From NCBI GenBank assembly GCA_021836035.1, contig JAKBJL010000001.1:223765-287764 (forward strand): a stretch of 64,000 nt of DNA, in the 5' to 3' direction. Source of the stretch: a bacterium. GTDB lineage: Bacteria > Patescibacteriota > Microgenomatia > JAMCZE01. The notes under the pieces were generated by a model. That model did no database searches. It saw nothing but the letters and a program-made list of their open reading frames with translations, and had not been told where the DNA came from. Every line of letters starts with the position of its first letter. Position 1 is the stretch's first letter. Of the stretch, positions 55,909-64,000 are shown piece by piece. The translations under genes were made by a program, and so were the position numbers.

Positions 55909-56604
55909 TTAGGAATATTTTTCCGTATAAATTCTCTCCGGCGGGCAGCCGAGAGAAGTAAGAATATTGGTTGCCTCTGCCATCATTGCGGATCCCCCAC
56001 AGAGGTAGGCGGAAAAGTCGCCCATTTGCGGAAAATCTTTAAGCAAGAGATCGGTGACATGGCCGGAAGCTCCCTGCCATAAGGTATCCGGTTTGGAAAG
56101 GCAAAGAGTGAAAGTAAAATGGGGATATTGGCGGTTTAAATCGATGAAATGATCTTCCCAAAAGATATCGCTGCTGTAACGCAGGCCGAAATAAAGCTTT
56201 ATCGGGCGGGTAATTTTTTGTTCTTTCAAAGCCGACTCAATCATGCATTTCAGCGGGGCGATGCCGCAGCCGGTACCCAAAAATAACATCCGGAGGGAAC
56301 CGTCGTCGGGGTGCAGGACAAACTTCCCTAAAGGTCCCAAGAAAGAGAGCTGCTCTCCCGGTTTAACAGCTTCCACATATCGCGAACCGGGGCCGCCCGG
56401 AGCGGTATCGATTAAAAGCTCGATATGGGTAGGGTCAATTTTACCGGCGATGGAATAAGAATTAACCTTTTGCGCGGCAACCTTGAGGCAGAGATATTGT
56501 CCGGGAGAAAATTCCAGCGGTTGGGGAAATTCCAGTATAAGATGATGGAATTTGGCCGCAAGTACCCTATTTTCCTTTAGAATCACCGTCTGAAAATCAG
56601 CCAT
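55909..56604 (-). CDS. FNR-like FAD/NAD(P)-binding oxidoreductase
   Basis: PGQY, SYSIA, GPLG, GTGCGIAP, YLCG, EKY; no 2Fe-2S tail. Confidence 0.88.
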   Translation of the reverse strand: MADFQTVILKENRVLAAKFHHLILEFPQPLEFSPGQYLCLKVAAQKVNSYSIAGKIDPTHIELLIDTAPGGPGSRYVEAVKPGEQLSFLGPLGKFVLHPDDGSLRMLFLGTGCGIAPLKCMIESALKEQKITRPIKLYFGLRYSSDIFWEDHFIDLNRQYPHFTFTLCLSKPDTLWQGASGHVTDLLLKDFPQMGDFSAYLCGGSAMMAEATNILTSLGCPPERIYTEKYS

Positions 56605-56606
56605 AG

Positions 56607-58478
56607 CTACTGGTTTTCCAAAGTGGAAGTGTCTCCGACAGGTTGACCTAATTCCTGGGCTTTTAAAACCCGGCGCATAATTTTTCCGGAGCGGGTTTTA
56701 GGAAGTTTATCTACAAAATCAATTTCATCCGGGGTGGCGATGGGGCCTATTTGTTTTCGAACCTCCTGTTTGAGTTCCTCTTTAAGTTGGTCAGAACCGG
56801 TAACGCCTTGTTTTAATATAACAAAGGCTTTAATCGACTCGCCTTTAATTTCATGCGGTTTACCGATAACCGCCGCTTCCGCCACGGCGTGATGGGAAAC
56901 CAGTGCGCTTTCTAACTCCGCGGAACCGAGGCGGTGTCCGGAAACTTTCAGGACATCGTCATTACGCCCGATAATCCAATAATAACCATCCTCGTCCTTT
57001 TTGGCCGAATCGCCCGTAAAGTAAACCTTGGTCGGAACCACCTCCCAATAAGCTTCGCGGTATTTCTGGGGGTTTTTATAGACGTCCAGAAACATCGCCG
57101 GCCAGGGTTTGTTGATTACTAAAAACCCCTGGGTATTGGGCGGCACCGGAATTCCTTTATCATCAACAATATCCGCTTCGATCCCGGGGAAAGGTTTAAA
57201 GGCGCTACCGGGTTTTAAAGGAACCGAAGGCAGGGGCGCGATCATCGCCATCCCGGTTTCTGTTTGCCACCAGGTATCAATAACCGGGCAATTGGAATTT
57301 CCCACTTTCTCATGAAACCACAACCACGCTTCCGGGTTAATCGGTTCACCCACACTGCCCAGTATTTTTAAGGAACTTAGGTTGTGCATTCTCGGCCAAT
57401 TATCGCCGTAGCGCATCAAAGAGCGAATTGCGGTCGGGGCGGTATAAAATTTCGTGACTTTATATTTCTCGATCAATTGCCACCATTTGCCGGGGTTGGG
57501 ATAATCGGGGACGCTTTCGTAAATAAAAGTTGTGACCCCGTTCATAAGCGGCGAATAAACAATAAAACTATGACCCGTAATCCAACCGGCGTCGGCGGTG
57601 CAAAAATAGACATCATCGGGGGTTAAATTAAAGGTCCATTTAAGAGTGATATAAGCGCCGACCATGTAGCCGCCCTGGGAGTGGATAATCCCCTTGGGTT
57701 TGCCGGTGGTGCCGGAAGTATACAGGATAAATAGCGGGTCGGTAGCGTCCATTTGTTCCGTCGGACAGTCCGTTGATTGAGTTTTCGTTACTTCGTCCCA
57801 CCAGAGATCCTTGCCCGGATTAAAGACAATGTTGTTGCCGGCGCGCTTGACGACAATAACGTGTTCGACCTGCGGTAATTCTTTGATCGCTTCGTCAACG
57901 GTCGATTTACATTCAATAGTTTTGTCTTTGTAGGGATAGCCATCAGCGGTAATGACTATTTTAGCTTCACCGTCGACGATGCGGTTTTTTAAAGCTTCAA
58001 TAGAAAATCCGGAGAAAACAACAGTGTGGACGACGCCGATTTTAGCGCAGCCGAGCATAGCAATAATTTGCTCCGGGATCCGGGGCAGGTAAATCGAAGC
58101 ATGATCTCCCCTTTTAAGGCCCAGGGACTTCAGGACGTTGGCGAAACGGCAAACTTCTTCATTTAACTGGCCGTAGGTAAATTGGCGGACCGTCCCGTCC
58201 TGGCCTTCCCAGATATAAGCCAACTTTTCTTTGGTGGCCGTCTGCATATGGCGGTCGAGGGCGTTTTGAACGATATTGCACTTCCCCCCGGTAAACCAGC
58301 GACCGTACGGGTATTGCCAATCCAACACTCTATCCCAGGTTTTATACCAGCTTAATTCTTTGGCAATGTTTTCCCAAAAGAGTCCGGGGTTGGCACAGGA
58401 CTCGGCGTAGATTTTTTCGTAGTCTTTAACAAAGGAACCGGCGACAATTTCCGGTTTGGGCAGGATCATAATATTCAT
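56607..58478 (-). CDS. acs: Acetyl-CoA synthetase (AMP-forming)
   Basis: YTSGTTGKPKG, GWITGH, VGEPIN, DTWWQTETG, PKTRSGKIMRR. Confidence 0.95.
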   Translation of the reverse strand: MNIMILPKPEIVAGSFVKDYEKIYAESCANPGLFWENIAKELSWYKTWDRVLDWQYPYGRWFTGGKCNIVQNALDRHMQTATKEKLAYIWEGQDGTVRQFTYGQLNEEVCRFANVLKSLGLKRGDHASIYLPRIPEQIIAMLGCAKIGVVHTVVFSGFSIEALKNRIVDGEAKIVITADGYPYKDKTIECKSTVDEAIKELPQVEHVIVVKRAGNNIVFNPGKDLWWDEVTKTQSTDCPTEQMDATDPLFILYTSGTTGKPKGIIHSQGGYMVGAYITLKWTFNLTPDDVYFCTADAGWITGHSFIVYSPLMNGVTTFIYESVPDYPNPGKWWQLIEKYKVTKFYTAPTAIRSLMRYGDNWPRMHNLSSLKILGSVGEPINPEAWLWFHEKVGNSNCPVIDTWWQTETGMAMIAPLPSVPLKPGSAFKPFPGIEADIVDDKGIPVPPNTQGFLVINKPWPAMFLDVYKNPQKYREAYWEVVPTKVYFTGDSAKKDEDGYYWIIGRNDDVLKVSGHRLGSAELESALVSHHAVAEAAVIGKPHEIKGESIKAFVILKQGVTGSDQLKEELKQEVRKQIGPIATPDEIDFVDKLPKTRSGKIMRRVLKAQELGQPVGDTSTLENQ

Positions 58479-58846
58479 TTTCTCTGAAAGCGGTTATTAA
58501 ATCAAGGAGAAAGGTTATTGGAGTTCGAAAGTAACAGCGGGTTGCCGGGAGACTGTTTGCGTTCCCGGTTCCCAACCACCCCCGCCGCCCCGCCCAGCAG
58601 TTAACGGAACAACTTCCCGAGCGGCTCCTCCCCGGTTTACGATTGCCGGCTTCTGCTAAGGTAAAATTCGAACCTTACACATTGGTCGCGCCATTTTGGT
58701 TAAAAGGTCAAAGAGCGCAGAGACCTGGTTGATATCGCGCAGGGTGACGGTAATCGTATTATTGACGCGCCGTTGCCCGGGGTGGAGTTTTTGCCGGCTT
58801 TCTTCGCCACCCGGCCGGGGATGTATATGATAAACTAGCTGGAGAT

Positions 58847-60523
58847 ATGCCTGTCAGCGACCCGGACCTCGCCAAACTGCTTTTAGCCGGCCAATTTCTC
58901 TCTGAAGACCAAATCAGGAAAGCGCAGGTTTACGCGGCGGAAAAAAGCATCGCTTTTAGTGAAGCCCTGGAAGAACTGGATTTAATCAGCGATGAAAACC
59001 TGGGGCTTCTGGTTGCCGACAGTTTAAAGTTCCCCTTGGTAGTGCTTTCCAAAGTTCATATCCCCCGGGAAATATTGGAAATTGTCCCGGAAGTAGTAGC
59101 CGGGCGCCAAAAAGTTTTAGCTTTTGCCAAAGACCAGGACGGTTTGAAATTGGCGATGGTGGATCCGGAAAACTCCGAAATCCGGGAGTTTATTGCCAAA
59201 AAAACCGGCGATAGGGTGCTTGCCTACCTAGCGACACAAAAAGATTTTGCCCGGGCGATGGCTCTTTATAAAAAGGATCTCCAAAAAACCTTTGACGAGC
59301 TTTTAAAAGATAAAGTGGACCAGGCCGGTAAAGCGGAAGGCAGCGATGTGCCGATAACGGAGTTAGTTAATTTGCTGATTGAGTATGCTTATCATAACCG
59401 CGCTTCGGATATTCATATTGAACCTGAGGAAAAAGTTTCCCTGGTTCGCTTCCGCATTGACGGAGTTTTGCATGATGTTCTCCGCCTGCCCCGCAATCTT
59501 CACGAACAATTGATGTCCCGTATAAAAGTAGTGGCGAAATTGCGGACTGACGAACATTTATCCGCCCAGGATGGCAAAATGCAAGCGACTTTACCCGAAG
59601 AAACGCTGGATATCCGGGTGTCCGTGGTACCGACTATCAAAGGCGAAAAAGCGGTAATGCGGCTCCTTTCTTCCCGCGCCCGCCAGTTTACTTTAACTGA
59701 TTTGGGGATGACGGAAGCGGATTTGGAAAAAGTCAAAAGCGGTTTTCAAAAATCCTACGGCATGGTTTTATCCACCGGCCCGACCGGCAGCGGGAAAACG
59801 ACGACCATTTATGCGATTTTAAAAATCCTAAATACCCGCGAGCGGAATATCGCGACGATTGAAGATCCGGTGGAGTACGACATTGAAGGGATTAATCAAA
59901 TCCAGGTAAATCCCAAAACCAATTTAACCTTCGCCGACGGTTTGCGGGCAATCCTGCGCCAGGACCCCAACATCATTTTTGTCGGAGAAATCCGCGACGG
60001 CGAAACTGCCGGTATTGCCGTCAATTCTGCTATGACCGGGCATTTGGTTCTTTCGACTTTACACACTAACGATGCCGCAACATCTCTGCCCCGTTTAGTC
60101 GATATGGATATCGAACCCTTTTTAATTGCCTCGACGGTTAATGTAATCGTCGCCCAAAGACTTGTCAGGAAAATTTGCGAAAATTGCCGCGTATCCCAAA
60201 CGGTGGCCGCAGGGGAATTAGCTAAAAGATTACCCGCCGGTTTATTAGAAAAGCACTTCGGTGCTAAAGACGAATTCCGTTTATATGTAGGCAAGGGCTG
60301 TCCGGTATGCCATAACACCGGCTACCGGGGCCGAATCGGCATTTTCGAGGTCCTGGTGATGGACGACCACCTGAAAGAGGCGGTTTGCGCTAAGGCAGAC
60401 GCTAATTCTTTGAGAAGCGAGGCGCTAAAAAGCGGGATGACAACAATGTTGGAAGACGGTTTACAAAAGGCGGTTCGGGGATTAACGACGATAGACGAGG
60501 TGATCAGAGCTACCAAGGAGTAA
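58847..60523 (+). CDS. pilB: Type IV pilus/T2SS assembly ATPase (PilB/GspE)
   Basis: ASDIHIEP, GPTGSGKTTT, EDPVEY, LRQDP..I.VGEIRD, TGHLVLSTLHTN, CxxC..CxxC. Confidence 0.93.
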   Translation: MPVSDPDLAKLLLAGQFLSEDQIRKAQVYAAEKSIAFSEALEELDLISDENLGLLVADSLKFPLVVLSKVHIPREILEIVPEVVAGRQKVLAFAKDQDGLKLAMVDPENSEIREFIAKKTGDRVLAYLATQKDFARAMALYKKDLQKTFDELLKDKVDQAGKAEGSDVPITELVNLLIEYAYHNRASDIHIEPEEKVSLVRFRIDGVLHDVLRLPRNLHEQLMSRIKVVAKLRTDEHLSAQDGKMQATLPEETLDIRVSVVPTIKGEKAVMRLLSSRARQFTLTDLGMTEADLEKVKSGFQKSYGMVLSTGPTGSGKTTTIYAILKILNTRERNIATIEDPVEYDIEGINQIQVNPKTNLTFADGLRAILRQDPNIIFVGEIRDGETAGIAVNSAMTGHLVLSTLHTNDAATSLPRLVDMDIEPFLIASTVNVIVAQRLVRKICENCRVSQTVAAGELAKRLPAGLLEKHFGAKDEFRLYVGKGCPVCHNTGYRGRIGIFEVLVMDDHLKEAVCAKADANSLRSEALKSGMTTMLEDGLQKAVRGLTTIDEVIRATKE

Positions 60524-60529
60524 CGAGAT

Positions 60530-61597
60530 ATGGTCAAGCTGCCCTTTATTAATAGTATTAAGTTCGTCGATAAACTCCTCTTTACCAAGCATCTCTCTAT
60601 CATGCTCAAAAGCGGCATTCCGCTGGCAGAGGCTATTTCCATTTTAACCGACCAAAGCCGCAACGCGGCCTTTAAGAAGATCCTGTTAGGTATAGCCAGG
60701 GATATCGCCAACGGCCAGAGTTTGGAAAAAAGTTTATCTCGTTATCCGGATGTTTTCGATCCGCTCTACCGGAGTATTATTGCCGTCGGTGAGGAAGCGG
60801 GCAATCTGGAAAGCAATTCGGAATACCTGGCGGCGACTTTGCAGAAAACATACGAATTCCGCAAAAAAGTGCAGGGGGCGATGATGTACCCCATGCTGAT
60901 TTTAGTTGTGGCGGGCTTAGTCGGCGGGGGCATTGTCTTTTTTATTTTGCCCCAACTTTCGGCCCTCTTTAAATCCCTGGATGTAACCCTGCCTTTATCC
61001 ACCCGGATTTTGCTTTGGATAGCTGATCTGGCGAAAAATTACGGCTTGATAATTATTATCGTCTTGCTGCTATCGGTATCTCTTTTTATCCGTCTGATTA
61101 GTACTGCCCGCCTTAAGCCCCATTGGCACCGGTTTCTGCTTGGCGTTCCGGTTTACGGCCAGTTTTTACAAAATTCCGAGATGGCTAATTTCTGCCGCAA
61201 CATGGGGATGATGCTCAAAAGCGGACTGCCGATTGCCCGGGCGCTAAAAGTTGCCCGGGAAGCAACGTACAATTTGGTTTTTAGATCTTACGTTACCGAT
61301 TTGGTTGCGGCGGTCGACCGCGGCCAGACAATTGAAAAAACCTGGTCCGGGGCGGAAAAAAAATATATTCCGGTAATTGTACCCCGCATGATTGGGGTCG
61401 GAGAAAAAACCGGGCGCCTGGATGAGAGCTTGCTTTATTTGGCGGATTTTTTTGAAGGGGAGGTAGATGATATGGCCAAAAACCTATCCTCTATCTTGGA
61501 GCCGGCTATGCTTTTAGTGGTGGCTGGTTTTGTTGCTTTCCTGGCCTTTTCGATTATTTCTCCGATTTACCAATTTACCGGGTCGGTCCACCGCTAG
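60530..61597 (+). CDS. pilC: Type IV pilus/T2SS inner-membrane platform (PilC/GspF)
   Basis: Two GspF repeats: LS.ML.SGIPL, GE..GNL, YP, GE.TG.L, EP. Confidence 0.92.
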   Translation: MVKLPFINSIKFVDKLLFTKHLSIMLKSGIPLAEAISILTDQSRNAAFKKILLGIARDIANGQSLEKSLSRYPDVFDPLYRSIIAVGEEAGNLESNSEYLAATLQKTYEFRKKVQGAMMYPMLILVVAGLVGGGIVFFILPQLSALFKSLDVTLPLSTRILLWIADLAKNYGLIIIIVLLLSVSLFIRLISTARLKPHWHRFLLGVPVYGQFLQNSEMANFCRNMGMMLKSGLPIARALKVAREATYNLVFRSYVTDLVAAVDRGQTIEKTWSGAEKKYIPVIVPRMIGVGEKTGRLDESLLYLADFFEGEVDDMAKNLSSILEPAMLLVVAGFVAFLAFSIISPIYQFTGSVHR

Positions 61598-61604
61598 AAT
61601 TGCT

Positions 61605-62051
61605 ATGCGAAAAACTGCCGGATTCTCGCTGCTTGAATTGTTGCTGACTATAGCCATCGTTTTGGGCCTGGCGGGGGCAGCCGCCGGTTTTTATACCCAG
61701 TTTTTAGTCCGGAATGCGGTCAGCAATGCTTCCGACCAGTTGGTTCAGAGTTTGCGCAAGGCCCAGTTTTATGCTCTGGAAAGTTATCGGAGCAATACCG
61801 GCGGCTGGGGAGTTTACTGGGACAATGGCAGTCATACTCTCAGTCTTTACCAGGGAGTGGACTATGCCCATAAAACTTTTACGGAGGATTTTATTATTAG
61901 TCCCTCCGTTTCTCTGGCCGGGATTACGGAAATTAGTTTCAGCCGGGTCAACGGAGTGCCTTCGGCCGGAGCTCCGGCAACGATAACTGTCAGCGGTTTA
62001 GGAAGCAGCAGAACGATAAGCCTCAACGGTCAAGGGGTGGTCAGTCCCTAA
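61605..62051 (+). CDS. Type IV prepilin-like protein
   Basis: MRKTAG|FSLLE class III signal. Confidence 0.88.
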   Translation: MRKTAGFSLLELLLTIAIVLGLAGAAAGFYTQFLVRNAVSNASDQLVQSLRKAQFYALESYRSNTGGWGVYWDNGSHTLSLYQGVDYAHKTFTEDFIISPSVSLAGITEISFSRVNGVPSAGAPATITVSGLGSSRTISLNGQGVVSP

Positions 62052-62060
62052 GTGAAAAAT

Positions 62061-63911
62061 ATGAAGCGGCAAACATCCCCCGGATTTTCCCTGATAGAAA
62101 TAATTCTGGCGGCAGCCATGTTTGCCCTTTTCTCCGCGGCTGGGGTAACGGGAATAATCGGAGGTCTGGATTCTAACCGTTTGGGAGCGGAGATGACTGT
62201 GGCGACGGAATATGCCTCGGAAGGCCTTGAAGCCGCACGTTCTATAAGAAACCAGGATTTTGCCAAATTCACGGTGACCGCGCCCGGAGCTAGTGTCGGG
62301 ATTATTCGCAGCGCCGGGAACATCTGGGATTTTGCCGGTACGGAAAATATTTTTGACAGCCGGTATACCCGCCGCCTTACGGTGGAAAGTGTTTGCCGGG
62401 ACACCACCGCGGCCAAAAATATTATCAATTGTACCGGGCCGTCCGATCCCAATATTGACGTCAATACCAAAAAAGTCACTTCCCGGGTAAATTGGAATTT
62501 TACCGTAGCCCGTCCGCAGGAAATTATTTTATCCGCATATTTAACTAACTGGAAAGCGCCGATTATACCCAGCGATAATGCTTTATTAGTTTACGCGAAC
62601 GCAATTAAGCCGCAATATAGATTATTTACCGACGGGGCAAATACTTTTAGCTCCGCGAACGAGATGGCGATAGGATCGGCAGGCAAAAATTTTGTTATCC
62701 GCACTTCCCCGACAAAGCGGGAGGCAATTGCCGGTTATACCTACGGCAGCGGATCAACCACCGTTTTACAGGTAATTTGTTTTGATGGCACAAGTTGGTC
62801 AAATGAGTGGACGGCACAGGTAAATCCCTCACAATTTGATGTCTCTACGCGCCGTTTTGATATTGCTTATGAAACTCAGTCCGGAGATGCGATGGTTTTA
62901 TATTCCACGGGGGCAACGGGCCAATTAGCATATAGAACGAAACCGGGAAGTACAGGCTGTGGTTCATCCGGTTGGTCTGGAGTAATTCCTCTTACCGCTC
63001 AGGGGTCCACCGGTGTTATCCAGTGGGTAAAAATGGCCGGGGACAGGAGGAGCACCTCTAGCGACCTTGCAGCCGCTTGGGCCGATAATACCTCGCGATT
63101 ACAGGCAGCGGTTTGGAACGGTATTGATAATTGGTCGCAAAGCGGCGCTTTAGAAACAACATTAAAAGCGGTCAATACTCCACAGGATGTTGATTCTTTT
63201 GATTTGGATTTTGAGTCGCAAAGCGGAAACCTTATGGTAGTTTGGGGCTACGGGGGCGGCGGCAGGGGTACCAGCCCCGTATATTACGCGCGTTATGTTT
63301 GCCAACCTACCTGTTCTTGGGTAGGTAAATCTCCCCTTGGTTTAAACAGCGATGCCGCCAATTTGGATATTGCCGCTAATCCTACCGGTAATGAAATTGT
63401 TTTTGCCTCAATCAGCAGCGGTTCGCGTTTACAAGCTGCCTATTGGTCGGGAAGTTCCTGGACAGCGAGTAATAACCTGGACACTTCAACCACCCCTCCT
63501 AGCGCCGGTTCTGAATTAGTAGCTGCGGGCTGGTTGAATTTATCAGGAACCAGCCGCAGTGTCGTGGTCTATGCGGATGCCGTTCCCGCTAAAAATCCCG
63601 TTAATGTTATTGACTGGGTAGTAGGCAATGGAGCCTCCTTTTCGGCCCCATCGCATTGTGCTACAAATTCTAATCCGGCATGTTTACCCTTGCCAGGGAC
63701 CAAAGTTTGGCTTGCTGTCCGATCCGATCCGAAAAGTAATGACCGGTTGATCTTGACTTTCAGCGATAATAATTCGGACTTATTTGCCAAGAGATTAGTA
63801 ATGGGCGCCGGACCGACATTTACTTGGAGTAATGCGGACGGCGGGGCGGCCCTGGAAACAGGTTTAAGCCAGGCGACAGCCAGTCCGTTTGCCTTTGCTT
63901 ATTGGCGTTAA
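62061..63911 (+). CDS. Large pilin-like protein with a C-terminal beta-rich (adhesin-like) region
   Basis: PG|FSLIE, EGLEAARSIR, YLTNW, then recurring W.G..W units. Confidence 0.85.
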   Translation: MKRQTSPGFSLIEIILAAAMFALFSAAGVTGIIGGLDSNRLGAEMTVATEYASEGLEAARSIRNQDFAKFTVTAPGASVGIIRSAGNIWDFAGTENIFDSRYTRRLTVESVCRDTTAAKNIINCTGPSDPNIDVNTKKVTSRVNWNFTVARPQEIILSAYLTNWKAPIIPSDNALLVYANAIKPQYRLFTDGANTFSSANEMAIGSAGKNFVIRTSPTKREAIAGYTYGSGSTTVLQVICFDGTSWSNEWTAQVNPSQFDVSTRRFDIAYETQSGDAMVLYSTGATGQLAYRTKPGSTGCGSSGWSGVIPLTAQGSTGVIQWVKMAGDRRSTSSDLAAAWADNTSRLQAAVWNGIDNWSQSGALETTLKAVNTPQDVDSFDLDFESQSGNLMVVWGYGGGGRGTSPVYYARYVCQPTCSWVGKSPLGLNSDAANLDIAANPTGNEIVFASISSGSRLQAAYWSGSSWTASNNLDTSTTPPSAGSELVAAGWLNLSGTSRSVVVYADAVPAKNPVNVIDWVVGNGASFSAPSHCATNSNPACLPLPGTKVWLAVRSDPKSNDRLILTFSDNNSDLFAKRLVMGAGPTFTWSNADGGAALETGLSQATASPFAFAYWR

Positions 63912-63913
63912 TC

Positions 63914-64000
63914 ATGCGTAAAGGTTTTACTTTATTGGAACTGATTCTTTATATGGCGATTGTGTCGCTTTTGTCCGGAGCGCTGATTACTTTCGGTTGG
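63914..64000 (+). CDS. Type IV prepilin-like protein (3'-truncated)
   Basis: MRKG|FTLLELILYMAIV... Confidence 0.85.
   Translation, partial: MRKGFTLLELILYMAIVSLLSGALITFGW

Noticed and set aside
58655-58680. tRNA T-loop-like GGTTCGAAT on the minus strand
   Set aside because: No proper T-stem, acceptor stem or anticodon arm.
1-64000. CRISPR array, rRNA, reverse transcriptase/DGR/retron, IS transposase
   Set aside because: No repeat-spacer periodicity, rRNA signatures, YxDD RT or transposase motifs were seen by eye.

Overview
This 64-kb window looks like the chromosome of a Patescibacteria/CPR bacterium, probably Microgenomates-like. That is inferred from its PsbP-like 'DQILGTFKF' surface proteins, DUF5659, Gmad2 domains, CPR-type pilin clusters and weak SD sites; TGA is used as a stop (code 11). 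Housekeeping genes are dnaG and rpoD. The centrepiece is a tRNA-Asn(GTT) gene split in its anticodon by a 499-nt group I intron that carries an HNH ORF in loop L1. Its 3' end is the attachment site of a 13.4-kb large-serine-recombinase element (9659-23028, core GGAGC). In-silico excision restores the tRNA's encoded CCA and changes the recombinase C-terminus from LPR* to LRAVDSIRNFYAQI*. The element has a pseudoknot-like leader over the recombinase RBS, a split primase Zn-finger/ATPase replication module with a candidate origin, 22-bp phased repeats, an XRE + EcoRI-like MTase + DUF262-HNH module, a stand-alone FtsK-gamma protein, a signal peptidase-CAP fusion, and a DUF3800 gene with a convergent structured RNA that has its own promoter. 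The rest of the window holds an orphan promoter-rod-terminator sRNA candidate, a Cu-ATPase with decayed partners, an ApbE/FMN-bind/RnfD-FNR flavinylation module, a MacAB-like ABC system with a two-component system, an atypical group-3-like NiFe hydrogenase, an acs-FNR-OFOR-ferredoxin operon and the start of a type IV pilus locus. All family calls come from motif recognition by eye; no database searches were run.
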